A stretch of DNA of 58,826 nt, the filler included, from Dugesia japonica (lineage: Eukaryota): the NCBI GenBank assembly GCA_001938525.1. It is 5 parts of 5 records of this genome, joined end to end, with 100 filler letters (N's around TTAATTAATTAA, not from the genome) between each part and the next. Parts side by side here need not be neighbours in the genome. Positions count along the whole stretch, not along the records: positions 36,945 to 48,827 come from MQRL01589187.1; positions 48,928 to 58,826 come from MQRL01229001.1; 3 more parts are not named here. One strand, 5' to 3'. Under the pieces are notes generated by a model. It saw nothing but the letters and a program-made list of their open reading frames with translations, ran no database searches and was not told the DNA's origin. The translations under genes were made by a program, and so were the position numbers. Within the stretch, counting starts at the first letter, position 1; each line of letters starts with the position of its first letter. Below, piece by piece: positions 42,201 through 55,979 of the stretch.

Positions 42201-44037
42201 AGCTGAAAATCTTGTTACGAGATTTTTAAGGGTGACATTATAACATTTTACTACTGTATTTATACTAATTTTTCATAGTAATTAAAATGACAATTATTTA
42301 TACTGAAAACATTTAAATCATATTTGAAAACAATTAAACCATATTTCCACAATAAATTTTTTTTACATTAAAATATTATTTTGAATTTTCCGATCAAATA
42401 ATTAAAATCCACAGAAATTATTGACAATAATTGTTGACACAGAATCAAATAATAAAAGTCCACAAGATAGTAATTGATAAAATTGTTAAAAATTATTTAC
42501 AATTGGGATGAAAAATTATTAAATGTAAAATTCGAAAACAGGGGTAAAATAAAATTTACAGATAAAATAAATTTTACAAATTTACAAATAAAAATAATAA
42601 TAGTCATAATGTAATAATCACAATAGTTTATAATATTCAAAATGTAATAATGATTTCTTGGGTTGCAGATTGATTGAATATTGATCCGAATATAGATTTT
42701 TGGATTGCAGATTTTGGACTGATTTGGACTGAATGTTAGTCGAGTATAGATTTGTGTGTGTGTGTTGTGCTTGTGTATTTATGTTTGTGTGGTTACGTTT
42801 TCCCCAACAATAATATCGTTCACTAGAATATATTAGAAATTTTTGAGGAAAAGGTTGAATCAAAAAATGAATTATATAGGCTGTTAAATTTCATGAAAAT
42901 GTGATATATTAATTTATTATAATTTAAAATAAATGTGTGTAAAACAATTAATTGTCAAATTAGTTGTCGTTTTAATATTACAAATAATAAGTCCAGTTTT
43001 TGATTTTAATAAAATTTTGTCATTATTATTCTTTTCCTATAACATAAAAATTTAGCATTTATGTTTATGAGTGTTATGAATGTTATTTTACGGTGTTCAA
43101 AGTCACAAGAGTTTGTTTTTGAATTAGTAATAATAAAAGAAACGTGTACAGGTAAAAAAAATAAAAGAAATAGTGACAAATATTTTAAGAATGAGCTTAA
43201 AAGAGAATATTGTTTCTTCAACAAATGATGATCCTAGTGTGATGGTAAAATACTTAAAAAAGCAGCTATGTAATAATCATTTGGTTGTACTTTGATTTTT
43301 ATGAAGAAAGTTAATGTAGAAAATATTCTAAATGTTGAAAAATATGACGAAAATTAGTATGTCTGTAAAGACGAAGGAGAAAAGTTAGATGAGGACAAAA
43401 CTTTAGTAATGGTTAACATATTCAGGGAATCATGACTCAATTTACTCATTAAACAAACATACGATTAACAGAATAATTCTAACCAATAGGAATTAAGATA
43501 AATTGTTTTATTAATGATTAGTTTCTTTTTAAAATAGTTTAATTAAAAAATTAAAATTTTAATTTGAAAATAATTGTTGTGATTTGAAAAATCAATTATC
43601 TTTACCGCCTTTTACCGAAAATAAGGCCTAGTGTGATTTTCAGGGTTTTTCGGAATATAATCCCTCCCCCAAAAATAGTCACTAGTTAAAATAATGTGAA
43701 AAATATATAATTTTCAAAAAAAAACATTTTGTTTAAATTTCTCATTTGTATTATAAAAATTTGATAAGTTATGATGATGTGCCAGAAGAAGATGACATGA
43801 CTGTATTTGAATATATTTAAATTTACATAAACATCGTAAATTTTACCTAAATTTACCTAAACTGTACATATATTAGCTAAATTAAAAGTAATAAATGTGA
43901 AATTCTTAAATACAAATAAATATTAAACGAATATAACTTGAGAAAGAAGACATCCCACAATAATAAGCCCTAGCACGTATTTTGGACTAAAAGAGAAAGT
44001 GAGACAGTGTCTTATTTTCGGACAAAGACGTACCTAA

Positions 44038-44885
44038 CATGGCGGTANNNNNNNNNNNNNNNNNNNNNNNNNNNNNNNNNNNNNNNNNNNNNTTCTAAAG
44101 AGGAGATTATATTGAAAAATTCATAAACCGTTGTGAATTGTATTTTAATGCTGAAAACATTGCCCAGATAAAACCACAGAAGAATTTGGTCTCTTGTTTG
44201 TTAGATGGCGATATGTTGAAAGAATATGTGAAAATATTGAAAAAGGCTGACGGGCTTCAGGTTCGTTTATGTTGGGCATTGAGAAAGAGAATGATGTTAT
44301 CAAAGACTTTCAAAATTTTAATAACTTCAAGCGTGAAAATGAAGAGATTCAAGTTGATTTAAAGAATATAAAAGATTTAGGGAAAATATTATTTAAAAAT
44401 AACTATTTTATTAAAAATAAATGGTAGCAAAGATGCTAGTAACCACAAATTTGATGAAGTGACTTTGCAGAAACGACAGAATATAGAAGAAATTTAAAGA
44501 ACAATGACGCTATTAGATCAATTAAAGAAAAACTGAGATAAAGTTGATTCAGTTAAAAGTTATGCGTTGGTTACAAGTCGAAATTATCAGAAACCTATAA
44601 ATCATTCACTGAGTAGGATTATAGATCAAAGAAAATAAAAACGAAATATTGAATGTTGGTTATGCATTAAGATTAGTCATACTAAAACAAATTGTCCGAC
44701 AAAGAAAGTAGTAGAAAGATAGACTAATCACAAAAAATGACATATAAATCGAGTTTGCCTAGAAGCAGAACAGAAAACAGGTATTTCGTACTACAAATTA
44801 CAAGGCAGGTTAAGTGTTACGGTATTAATACAAGGAAATGAAGTTGAATGTAATTTAGATACAGGAGTTCACATTAACGTTGAGT
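44038..44885 (+). mobile_element. Ty3/Gypsy gag-protease remnant
   Basis: CA-TGGCG PBS-like start, CWLC..H...C knuckle, LDTG protease motif. Confidence 0.6.
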
Positions 44886-45315
44886 TTGAGTGGTTTCGTG
44901 GTCGCATCATAATTAAGCGTGATTTTATACACGAGAAAACATTTTCAATTGAATTAAAATCCAGAAAGTATACTGGAAGACAAATTATGTCAATGTTATT
45001 ATCATATAAATAAAATGCTTTCACTTCTGGCGAATGATGCAATTTAACGTTTTCTAAGATAAAAACTGGTCTGGAAATAAAGATACTTTTTAGTATTGCT
45101 TCACGAAGAAAATCAATNAAGAAATTATTTTTATATGCACATCTAAGAGTTTAGGATACTCCACTCTATTTATTGATATAACTACACACAATGATACATG
45201 TATTATTAATATTTAAATACTAATAAACAAATAAATTCATATGTTTAAATATTGTGATTGAAATAAACATTATCAATTTGAAAGTTGTCATTATGACGAA
45301 ATAAATCAACAATAA

Positions 45316-45330
45316 TGGTGTCAGAAGTGG
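45316..45330 (+). promoter_or_regulatory. LTR-retroelement primer-binding site, tRNA-Leu type (TGGTGTCAGAAGTGG)
   Basis: Complementary to a tRNA-Leu 3' end; immediately upstream of gag. Confidence 0.75.
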
Positions 45331-46700
45331 CGAAGAAAACCATATCCGAATCAGAATGCCAAATTACTTCTCAAACTCAGCAAATTAGTTTGTCAAAGTG
45401 GATTCAGCTTTTGAGCTATCAAATATCGGAAGTTCAAGAATATAATACTTCCACTTACTTACCAGTTTGCCACAAGATATACTGGACTTAGTGGCACATG
45501 AAATGGATCCACAAGTTGAATCCCCATACAAGAAACTGAAAGCTGCAATACTACACAGAACCACAATGTCAACAAAGGAAGCCATAAATAAGTTAATGAA
45601 TCCCAATACTGATTCTTACAAGACTCCATCAAGAAAGCTGACAGAAATGAAACAATTTTACAAAATCATTGAGCCACATGNAAATCCAGAAACTTCCAAC
45701 ATTTTGAGACTAAAGTTCTTGGAATTTCTACCAAAATACACGCAAAATTATTTGATTCAGCACAGAGACAAAAGCCTTGAAGAATTATCTCAGTTAGTAG
45801 AGTATCATTTCGAGAGGGATGATCAAAATTTCGAAATTAATGACATCAGTTAAATGGGAAATCAACATAGCCAAATCACAATCAGCAACATGCGTGATGA
45901 GATTAAAGCAATCAAAGCCAAACAAGAACAAATAATAGATAAGATAACGTCAAACAAAGAGATATGCTACTTCCACAGAAAATTTGGCTTAATTGCAAGA
46001 AAATCCCAATCACTTTGCAGTTTCAATTCGGGAAAAGACATTAGATCTCACTGAAACCAATTACTGAGATCCGCGACGAACCCAAACAGTCGACAGAAGT
46101 ACAATCAATTTTCAAAGTCTCAGGTTGGTCAAACAATAATCAGTATCAATTCATAATTGACTCAATGGCAGATATCAGCATTCTGTCATATTGAATGTTT
46201 ATCCTAGACATAACATAACAGACAAACATTCATTATTAACTTAAAATGGAAGTGAAATTGTAGTTTATGGTGAAAAGGCAATCTCACTTCATATACCAAG
46301 TATTCCAGACACATTTAAATGGACGTTTACAGTAGCAGATGAAAAAGCGTCAGATTGTTTGTCAAACACTTGCTGAAACTGCACAGAACCAAAGAAGGGA
46401 TATTAGTTGATAAATCAGAGACATCTCAGAATTGTACTCCAAGAGCAATTAAGATATAATGAATTTGAAAGGCTGCTTAATCTATGTCACCAGAGTGCTA
46501 ATGCTACCATCAGATTGATATCATATCGATATGTATGGCCAAAAATCAGAGCTCAGGTCCACATTTGGTGAAAACACAGTCTTAAATGTCAAGCAAATAT
46601 AGTTTCAAGGCACATAAAGGCACTTATCGTTACACTACCAAACTTAGGAAAATTCAAAGTAGTACATTTAGATATAGTAGGACCTTTACTTACTATCAAA
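45331..46700 (+). mobile_element. Gypsy gag-PR-IN remnant, RT/RNase H deleted
   Basis: LPQD..PYKKLKAAIL, CYFHRKFG, IIDSMADIS, RYVWPK..CQA, HLDIVGP. Confidence 0.8.
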
Positions 46701-46834
46701 GTGTAGTACAATTCAGAAAGTTATTTCGCATTATTGGCTGCTCAAGTTTGGTTGCCCAAAACGCATTCACGTGGACTGTGGACGGTATTTCGAGCCAAAG
46801 GCAATGGACGAATTCTCCAAGAGATGGAACGTAG

Positions 46835-47296
46835 AATTATGTTTTTTCAGCCCCTATCACCATAATACGAATAGGCAAATCGAGAGACAATTCAGCACAA
46901 AACAGGATTTGCTAAATGCGACATTAGAAGACAGAAAGAGTACCGATTGAGCTGAATTACTTCCGGAAATGAAATTTGCATTAAAATTGACGTGGCAAAG
47001 GTCCATAAATACCAGTCTAGCAGAATTTATCTTTGGCAAAAAATAGCAAGGGAAAACTGGAACCAAAAAGTTACAGAGAAGACGATACCAAAAACGACAA
47101 TCAAAAGAACTTTCGAAGATGGAGAGGAAGAGTTAGTAAGGACCGAAAAGAGAAACAAAGACCAGGAACGTTTTGAGGGGCCTTACCAGATAATAAAAAA
47201 TGTACACGACCGAAAATACTTATTGCAGAGAGATGACGGGAGACGAATAGAAAGAAATGTGGAAAAATTAAAGAAATTTTTTCAAATGGGGATTTG
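46835..47296 (+). mobile_element. Gypsy integrase C-terminus and PPT (same family as 5769-6500)
   Basis: SPYHH..NRQIERQF, FEGPY, IERNVEKLKKF. Confidence 0.85.
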
Positions 47297-47404
47297 TGAT
47301 ATTATTTAAAATTGAAAATCGAAATTTAAATAATAGATATTAAATTAATGTTTAATATCGTTGTTATAATATTCAGATTTCGGTTTGGTTGCGTTCTAGT
47401 CCAA

Positions 47405-47406
<2 letters not shown>

Positions 47407-47466
<60 letters not shown>

Positions 47467-47712
47467 NNNNNNNNNNNNNNNNNNNNNNNNNNNNNNNNNN
47501 NNNNNNNNNNNNNNNNNNNNNNNNNNNNNNNNNNNNNNNNNNNNNNNNNNNNNNNNNNNNNNNNNNNNNNNNNNNNNNNNNNNNNNNNNNNNNNNNNNNN
47601 NNNNNNNNNNNNNNNNNNNNNNNNNNNNNNNNNNNNTTATTATTATTATTATTATATTATTATTATTATTATTATTATTATCATTATTATTATCATTATT
47701 ATTATTATTAAT
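47407..47712 (+). repeat. (TTA)n microsatellite with gap
   Basis: Direct reading. Confidence 0.95.
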
Positions 47713-48544
47713 TACAATAATCCCAAGAAAAATAGACCAATACAAAATAGCTTAAAAAATAATAATAATGATTATAATAATAGTAATACATGATAATATA
47801 AAATAATATATAATATAATAAAGTAAAATATAATAAAATTATATATTATTAATAATAACAATAAAAAAATTAATTAATAATATTTATAACAAAAATAATA
47901 TTTTTGATGGGATTATTTTGTCCTTGGCTATTTGACAGGTCACCGTAGAAAAAAAGAAGAGTTACAAATATATTACAAGATATTTTCACAATAGGCATAT
48001 AAAAACTGGTAAAAATAAAGAAGCGAGTCAGCTAAGATATGCACAAATAATTTAAACATTCTCTTGTATGTTGTTATTGAAAATCAAAACTAAAATGAAG
48101 AAATACAAGAACAACCATAAAATTGAGAAAAAAGAAATCTGTCAAGAAAATCGTGAAAGGGGATCAGACTAGAAATATAGAAGATGTCAATTAAAAGAGA
48201 TTAAATCAGAAAATAAGAACCAACAAATCGATATTGGATGAAAAATCAGTTTGGAAAGAAATAAATGTAAGAGTTCTTGACTTGTAGCAGAAGTAATTTA
48301 ACCTAGGTATGTAGTAAAGTGGTAAATTTTGAAGAAATTAACAAATTAATAAATAATTAGTTATTGCTTATCCTAATCAAACTCTATTAGAGAAATTAGA
48401 AATCCAAAAAGACTGAATTAAATCCGAAAATAGAACATTATAACCTATCAAAATGGAGAATCAGAATATAGAGATTAGAGCATTGCGAAAACTTATAATA
48501 GACCTAATAGATGCAAAAACAGTATAAGATCAAAACAGTATTAA

Positions 48545-48827
48545 TCGGAAGTAGCGACGGGCGATGTGTACAAAGGGCAGAGACGTAATCAGCGCAAGCT
48601 AGTGACTTGCGCTTACTAGGAATTCCTCGTTCATGTGAAATAATTACCATTCACAATCCCTGTTACGACAGTGTTTCACAAGACTGCCAAATATTTCTAG
48701 TAAGGTTTAAGGTTCGTTGGAACTGCTATTGTAGCGAACGTGCGGCCCCAGACATCTAAAGATATCACAGACCTGTTATTACTCTTTTTCATTTAGCTAG
48801 ACGCTATTTATTCTTCTTAGAAGTGAT
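48545..48827 (-). rRNA. 18S rRNA: 18S rRNA 3'-region fragment, probably a pseudogene copy, cut by contig end
   Basis: AATAACAGGTCTGTGAT, GAGGAATTCCTAGTAAGCGCAAGTC, TTGTACACA(t)CGCCCGTCGCTAC; substitutions at normally invariant sites. Confidence 0.93.
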
Positions 48828-48927
48828 NNNNNNNNNNNNNNNNNNNNNNNNNNNNNNNNNNNNNNNNNNNNTTAATTAATTAANNNNNNNNNNNNNNNNN
48901 NNNNNNNNNNNNNNNNNNNNNNNNNNN
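48828..48927. other. Artificial contig spacer
   Basis: 44N-TTAATTAATTAA-44N. Confidence 0.97.
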
Positions 48928-49419
48928 TTTTTTGCAAGAAATATAATAATAAATAATAAATTAAATCAGGTTATTAAGGGTTAAATACTATTAAAGAGAA
49001 ACAGAAATTGGGATAATTTTCTAAATTTAAACAATACTTTCGAAAAGTATACTATTAGTAAAGAATATTGAAAAAATATATTAATTTATATACCAATTTT
49101 AATTTATCAATTTTTAGTTCAGATATTAACAAATTATTTATCAATTATCAATATAATCTGATTTTTTTATTTGAATTGTTTGTTTTAATTTGGTTTGTTT
49201 ATTTAAATTATTTTTAATATGTTATAAAAAGATAATATTTGAATTTTATGTACATATTAGGTTCTTTTTTTAAAATTGGTCAATTCCAATAGTTTAGTAC
49301 ATTTGGCGGTATGAATTTATTTAATAACTAAAGAAAATCAATTTCAAATCAAAGCCTGATATGCATTGTGAAGTTTTATAACAATTAAAATACATAATAA
49401 TTTCATAAAATGTGTTTAC

Positions 49420-49920
49420 ATATGGGTGAAAAATTTCCAAGTACAAATCATATTCGTTATTGCTAATTGTATTAGTTTAAACGCACATAATTTTTCTGTG
49501 CACCAAAAATAATAACGATATTTATGATAACAATTTTATTGACAGCAATTTCTGATAATGGTTTGACAGTTTTCGTACTTGCAGTCTAAATTTTGCTGAC
49601 AAGCCACGAAGATATCAACAATCTATGCTCGATCATGTGTTGAAGCCGTTATCGAAAGAGATCCGAAACATATTCGAAGAATTGCCTACTTTACTAAACT
49701 ATGCTGCCAGCAAAAAATGGAACCACATGAAACAGATCTGAATAAGTAGTATGTGCCGTGCTTGGATTCCTTGTGATTTAAGTTGAGAACCGAAGTCAAG
49801 TCAAGTCTAAATAAACGATTCATTAATCGATCAATGTAAAATAATCATTCTTTAAATAGATTGTGAATGGAAACGAAAAGGGATAGTGTATGAGAATTAG
49901 TATAACTGGTGGTTATATTC
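49420..49920 (+). mobile_element. Highly decayed mariner N-terminal remnant
   Basis: WFDSFR, WIP-like and NRL.NGNEKGIVYEN motifs. Confidence 0.5.
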
Positions 49921-51504
49921 AGACCAAATTTAAGTATGAAATTACTTAAGTATAAAATTTATAAAATTAAAATTATTGTGAGAATAATTGTTAGACTTAA
50001 CCATTGATCGCATTTGAGATTTTATTAAAATAAAGTAAAGTCTTCGTTCAAAATAAAATTAATTTGTATAGAAATTCAAATAAATTTCATTTTGATTGAA
50101 GCCTTTTTTTATTTTAATGATAAAATTTATAAATAAATTTTAATAAGTTTATTAAACATTTAACAATTTCGTACTGAATTCAGTAATCTTTTTAGGCGTA
50201 CATTAATTATATTATGTTATATACGCCAAGTTCATTAATTTACACCCAAATTTCAATAAACAACGTAATCAAATTACATTACATTTCAAAATGAATTTCA
50301 TGGCACAAAAAAAGAGTAGCAAATTTTTCTCTTATCTTGGTGGAAAATTCAAGCGGCTTCTGACGGGCTAAGGAAATAAACCGATCGCGACCATCCATTT
50401 ATATATCCTTTTTTTAATGTATTTAATAACATGTTGTGTTAATTTTCGATTTTTGTCAATTTAGCATGATAAAGAAAAAATTGACTTTATTGAGTTTATC
50501 TAAAATTTTCCGCAAATCGAGATTTTTCTTTTTATAAGTATATTTTGTAAAAAAATCTTCAACCATAGTAATCCACAGATCGCCTTCAAAGTATGGCATA
50601 TCTGAGACATTCGTAAGTTTCAAATTGGTTTGGAAAATAAAAATTTCAAACGCGCACCGAGGCTTTTTGCTTGGGGGCTCAAATAAAAGAAAACAACAAT
50701 AATAATAAGACTAGAGTTCAATTTAAATATTTTTAATATATAATACATGATAAAAATATTTTATATTCATTTTGGATATAAAGGTTGACAAAGCCAACCC
50801 ATTTAATCAATTTTCATCCATTGCGGAGTGCAAATGTTTACAGGTTGGGATGTAGCTCAAGCACAAGAACCCCATTTGAGTGCGAGCCTGTATGCATCTA
50901 TATCACTATACTTTACTACAATCTTTTCGTTAATAGCTTTCTTCAACATTACAGCGTAATCGCTTCAATAATGGTATTTCAATAATATCAGTTTTCTTAC
51001 AAAATTCTTGAAATCATTCAACAATTTCATTAATTACTGTAGTAATTTCATTAAAATATGCATTAATTTTATTAGAATATATACATATTGTATATAATTA
51101 TACATAAATATTAATGGGTTTACCGTAACTTACGTCAATTCCATACAAAATATACACTAATTTTATAAATATACATTAACTTCATTAAGTAATGCCTGAT
51201 TTTGATCAAACCATGCAACAATAAGTCATATAGGTGCAATGTAAATGCAATAAAAATGCTAGTAAAAAAAGCTGCGAGTCTAAAATGTGTGACATAAATA
51301 CAAGAAAAACAAAGCAATGAACTAATACACTCAATTGAACCCTTGCAACTAATAACCTTTGTACCGCCCAATACACTCAACACACCAAATTTACCAATAC
51401 AACATATTAGAATGAATAAAGCACAATCTACTATCTAATTTACACTAAATGTTATCAACCTATACAATGTAAATAACAATTTATTCAAAGTTATACAAAT
51501 CCAA

Positions 51505-51505
51505 T

Positions 51506-51548
<43 letters not shown>
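51505..51548 (+). repeat. (CA)n(TA)n compound microsatellite
   Basis: Direct reading. Confidence 0.9.
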
Positions 51549-51729
51549 ACCAGATACAACACAATATACCTATTAAACCCAATGAACTTGTTAACCCCTA
51601 TGAACCGAGTACGCAAATTAAACCCAATACATCCACCAAACTCGTTAAACTCATTAAACCTATGAAACACAATGGCACCAATACATTTAATACACTAAAT
51701 TTATTAAGAAATTTATTAAGACATTTATT

Positions 51730-52790
51730 AAAATTTATTAAAATACAATTGCATAAGATTTATCTGTACGAGTTCAAATTTTGCCATGGAGATATAAAAG
51801 AAAATCGTATTTAGCAGAGGTTTGTAAATAAGTGCACTATGTAATGATGATTTAAAGGATTTACAAATGGAGAATGAAGTCTAGTAGATAAAATGGTCCA
51901 TTTTCATTGGACAATTATAAATTGAACAACTTGATCAAAGCAGATATATTCACAATAACTCGAAAGCTTATTAAAAAGTTAAATATAAGTCTTCAAACAC
52001 TTTTGCACCATCCTGAACGACTGGGCAAGTTGAAAAAATCTAAAAAATTAACACCGCATAATTTAAATGAGAAAAGGTATCAATGTTTTGAAGTGTGCTT
52101 ATTGTTTATTTTGACTATCATTGATAATTCCTTTTCAATCGCATTGTGATATGCAATGAAAAATGGTTCTTATAACAATCTCAAGCATTCAGCGCAGTGG
52201 TTGGACTTTGATCACATCCTAAAATACTTACTAAAACCAGAATTTCACCGAAAGAAGATTATTGTACACCGTTTTGTGGTATGTTGGAAGCATTAATTCT
52301 TATGACATCTGGAGAAACAATTAAAAAAAAATAAATATTGCCAGAAAATCGACGTAAAAACATCTAAAAACATTGTATCAAAAAGCATAATCCTGAATTT
52401 GTCAAACCGAGTAGATCATATTATTCTTTATTATAATGCCTGACCACACATTGCGCAAATGATATGAAATTTGCATGCTCTGTGGTACGAAACTTTGTAG
52501 CATTCACTATAATTGTCTAAAAGTTTACCTACTGCTTATCATTTTTTTAAAGTTTTTAGGTTTTGTTCTGGACGCAAAATTTTTGAACAACCAATATCTT
52601 GATAAAAATGCCATCCGGTGGTTTATTGATTCTAGGACAATGGAATTCTATAATACATGTATAAATCAACTTATTTGTTAGCACGCATATACGGTATTTT
52701 AATTAATAGCTACATTTGAATATGATTTATCTGAATTTTCAGAAAAAAGTTAAAAAACGTCACATTTCTCTTACAAAGATAATAGTTTTA
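51730..52790 (+). mobile_element. mariner remnant
   Basis: YEFK, LTPHNL, IVICNEKW, SAQWLD, YNA*PH. Confidence 0.75.
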
Positions 52791-53269
52791 TTTTATTATT
52801 AGAAATAAAATAAAATAACTTCAATATGTGAAATATTTTGAATATTTTATTAATAGAAAGGATTAGATTTAGAACAAAATTTCATTATTACTGTAAGTAT
52901 GGTTTGAGAAGTTAAATTTTTTGATAGTTCGACTGAAGAACTTAACGAAAATATTTTAATGAATAATTTACTTAACTTCATAAAAGAAGTTAGAAATTTT
53001 AAAATTTTAATATTCAATAAATTAAGTATTAATGTATTCATAATTAATTTAAAATTAATGACGTAGTTTAAATAATAAACGTTTAAATAATTTTATTTGT
53101 ATTAAAATCGTTTTTAATGAAATTTTTTGAAAATTTATTTAAAAGCATTTTTGGTTAATTATGAAATTTTTTAAAATAATAATTTTCAAAAATTTAATTA
53201 AAGATATTTTTAGTTAATTAGAAAATTTTATAAAATAGTAATTTTCGAAAATTTGATTAAAATTATTTT

Positions 53270-53402
53270 GAAATTCATTTAAAATAAAGGATTGACTTTT
53301 TAAAAAGTCAATTCCTGATGAAGACAAAGTCGAAATATCAAATTAATCTCAAAAAAACCAAAAAAACTATTTTTTATCGAAGCTTTTATTTTAAATGAAT
53401 TC
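53270..53402 (+). ncRNA. Penelope-type minimal hammerhead ribozyme motif inside a palindromic remnant
   Basis: ATTGACTTTTTAAAAAGTCAAT palindrome, then CTGATGA (53315-53321)-A-GAC-AAA-GTC-GAAA-TA-TC; outer inverted arms 53270-53289 and 53383-53402. Confidence 0.6.
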
Positions 53403-54560
53403 TGAAAAACGCCCAACAATTATTCTCGCAATAATTGCAGTTGTATAATAAAATTATTTTGGTTAATTATAATTTTTTTAAAATAATAATTTCCTTAAAT
53501 GTTTTTCAATGTTTTAAAACTTCGGTCAAAATTAAATAAAAATGTTAAGCTCGTTTTAAAATTGGTTTAAAAAACAAATAAATAGTTTGTTTTTGTTTTG
53601 TCTTGAATAAATCTTGGAACGAAAAGTGTTAATTTTCTCAATGCAAAGATGAATGCTACAATTAATCTAACAATTACATTGCTATAAAAATCAATATTTA
53701 AACACGGATATCTTTCACTGATTGATTAAATTCCCATTTATTGAAACCAGTTTACAAAAGACTGTTTTTCGCTTAAGTGTTCTATTTTACCAATTTTTTG
53801 ATGTAGAGTTCAGTTCTATTGAATGTTCTATTGTATTTCTTTCATAAACGATTTCAACTTGTGCAAGCACGAAATAAAAAAAATGTAAAAGTAATAAAAA
53901 ATGCCTTGTAAAGTCGACTAAGAATTAATATGTTATAGAAGAAGACATATAAATTCTAACTTTTATTAACAATCAAAATCTGAGCTCTTTATTTGTAATA
54001 TTTAAACAAAAAATAATTCGATAAGTAGTTGTCTTACATATATTCATTTTTAATTATAATAAATGAATATATCACATTCCACTCTTCAATGACTACTTTT
54101 AATCTTGATTTTTGTATTGGTATTGAAACTAATGGATGCTCATTGATGACATCTGACAAACAAGGCGCCGTGTATGAAATTCCAAAAAAGCTAAAAATTC
54201 TGCTTCCTGTTCTTGTTACAATCAAAGTTTATTTTTTTAGATTTCGATATTCTCAAATTTCACAAGCATTCAAAATTCTATTGGGTAATTATGGAAAAAA
54301 GTTTGTTTTTAGCTTCTTCTTTCAAACGTAGAGTGAAAGTTTTGAGATGATTACACAATCATCTCTCAGTGCTCGTATAAATTCATTATGTTTGATTGTA
54401 TCTGTGCATGTCATGTATGTATACTTTTTTGTTTTAGTCCCATAATTTTATTTCATAGATTTCCCCAAGACTGCTGGCTTCTAAAACCATATATATAAAA
54501 GCCTATGATATCATATTGTCAGGAAATATATTTTAGAAACTTCATTTGGACTTCTCTATA

Positions 54561-55500
54561 ACATGGCGACCACTTTATTCACGAAAGATCTATTGCAAAT
54601 ATTACCTCAGCCAAGAATATTTACCATAAATTATGATGCTGAAGAATTTTTAGAAAAACATGGAATAATATTTTTCAGTGATCCAACTCGACAACAACCA
54701 AGGAAATATTGTTATCAAAGCATCTTTAGACGACGAGTCAAGATTAAAATTTGACCAAACAACAGAAGAAAATTATGTAAGAAGAATGCGAAATGCATTT
54801 TTAAAAAGCCAAGATTTAGCCAATGATCTGATCAAATTGCTAAATTATAAAAGATGAAACGACTCAGTGGATATATACATTTCAAAAATTGAATAAAACG
54901 TTGAAAACGTTATGCGACTAAAATTAACCAGCACTAAATTGATCACATCTTTCCTGAAGCATTGTCTTAACAATGAAACACAGAAGGAAGAAATTTAAAT
55001 ATATGAAATGATTGAAGATTTGTTAAGAGTGAAAATATTTAAAGAAGATAAACAAATCGAAACCTGAAAGCGTGCAGAAAGGTTCAATTCCATGCAAATA
55101 TATAAAAAATATTTTGCATCGCATCAATAAGAATAAACCAGTGGCACAAATCAATGCGATAGAAAAACAATCATATTCTGGGGTTTGAAAATATCAACAA
55201 AAAGCAAATTATAATCTGCCCTGGAAATACATCAATGATTAAAAACAAATTCCAGAAATTCATCGATGAAAGAAATATTCATTAAAAAAACCAACCATTT
55301 CAATTCAACAACCAATGCATCAACAAACAAGAGAAATGTATCCAGAAAGTAGAGAAGAAAGAAAATATGTTCAATTAAATAAAAATGAAGAATCCAGGCT
55401 ATGTTATGGATGCCATGAATTTGGAAACTTACGCCGTGATTGCCCAAATATCCGATGTTCTGTTTGTAACTGAAGAGGACACCTGAGTTATAAATGTTTT
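54561..55500 (+). mobile_element. Gypsy PBS and gag remnant with two CCHC knuckles
   Basis: ACA-TGGCGACC; CYGCHEFGNLRRDCP and CSVCN*RGHLSYKC. Confidence 0.75.
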
Positions 55501-55735
55501 TTCCTTTATTTTTTCCACGTTTTTCGTGATGTTCGCATCTCTCAACAAAGCTTCTAGAGGTTTAACGATTTTGGCATATCCCAAAATAAATCTTCTGTAA
55601 TAATTGCCAAAAATCCTAGAAAACTTGATAATTCTTCATTTGTATTAGAAATACTCCAATTATTTACTGCACTATTTTTTCTGGATCAGTCGTTACTCCT
55701 TTGCTTGATATTATGTGACCCAAATATTTGGTCCA
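55500..55735 (-). mobile_element. Inverted Gypsy RT fragment
   Basis: KYLGH, TTDPEK, NYYRRFILGYAKIVKPL. Confidence 0.75.
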
Positions 55736-55979
55736 TGAAAGAAGATATCGCATACGAAATGAAAATTGAAAAGAGCTAGAAAGGAATGTAGAAAAGCTTA
55801 AAAAATTCTTTTAATCGAGAGAGATGTAAGGATTAAAAATTACAATTTAAATTTTGAAGAAGAAAATGCTAAAAATGATTTCAAGAATGTTTTAAAAATA
55901 TTTAAAAACTTTTTTTAAATATTCAGCTTTTAAAAAGATAGTTTTTTAGATTTGAAGATTTGAAATTTCATAAATAAAA

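Noticed and set aside
42600-42870. Minus-strand QSKICNP/QSICNP repeat as a relative of the peptide gene
   Set aside because: In-frame stop upstream, no convincing exon structure, similarity too short.
47348-47793. Poly-Y/L/I/N ORFs (also 3676-3900 and 9150-9473)
   Set aside because: Translations of (TAA)n microsatellites and N gaps.
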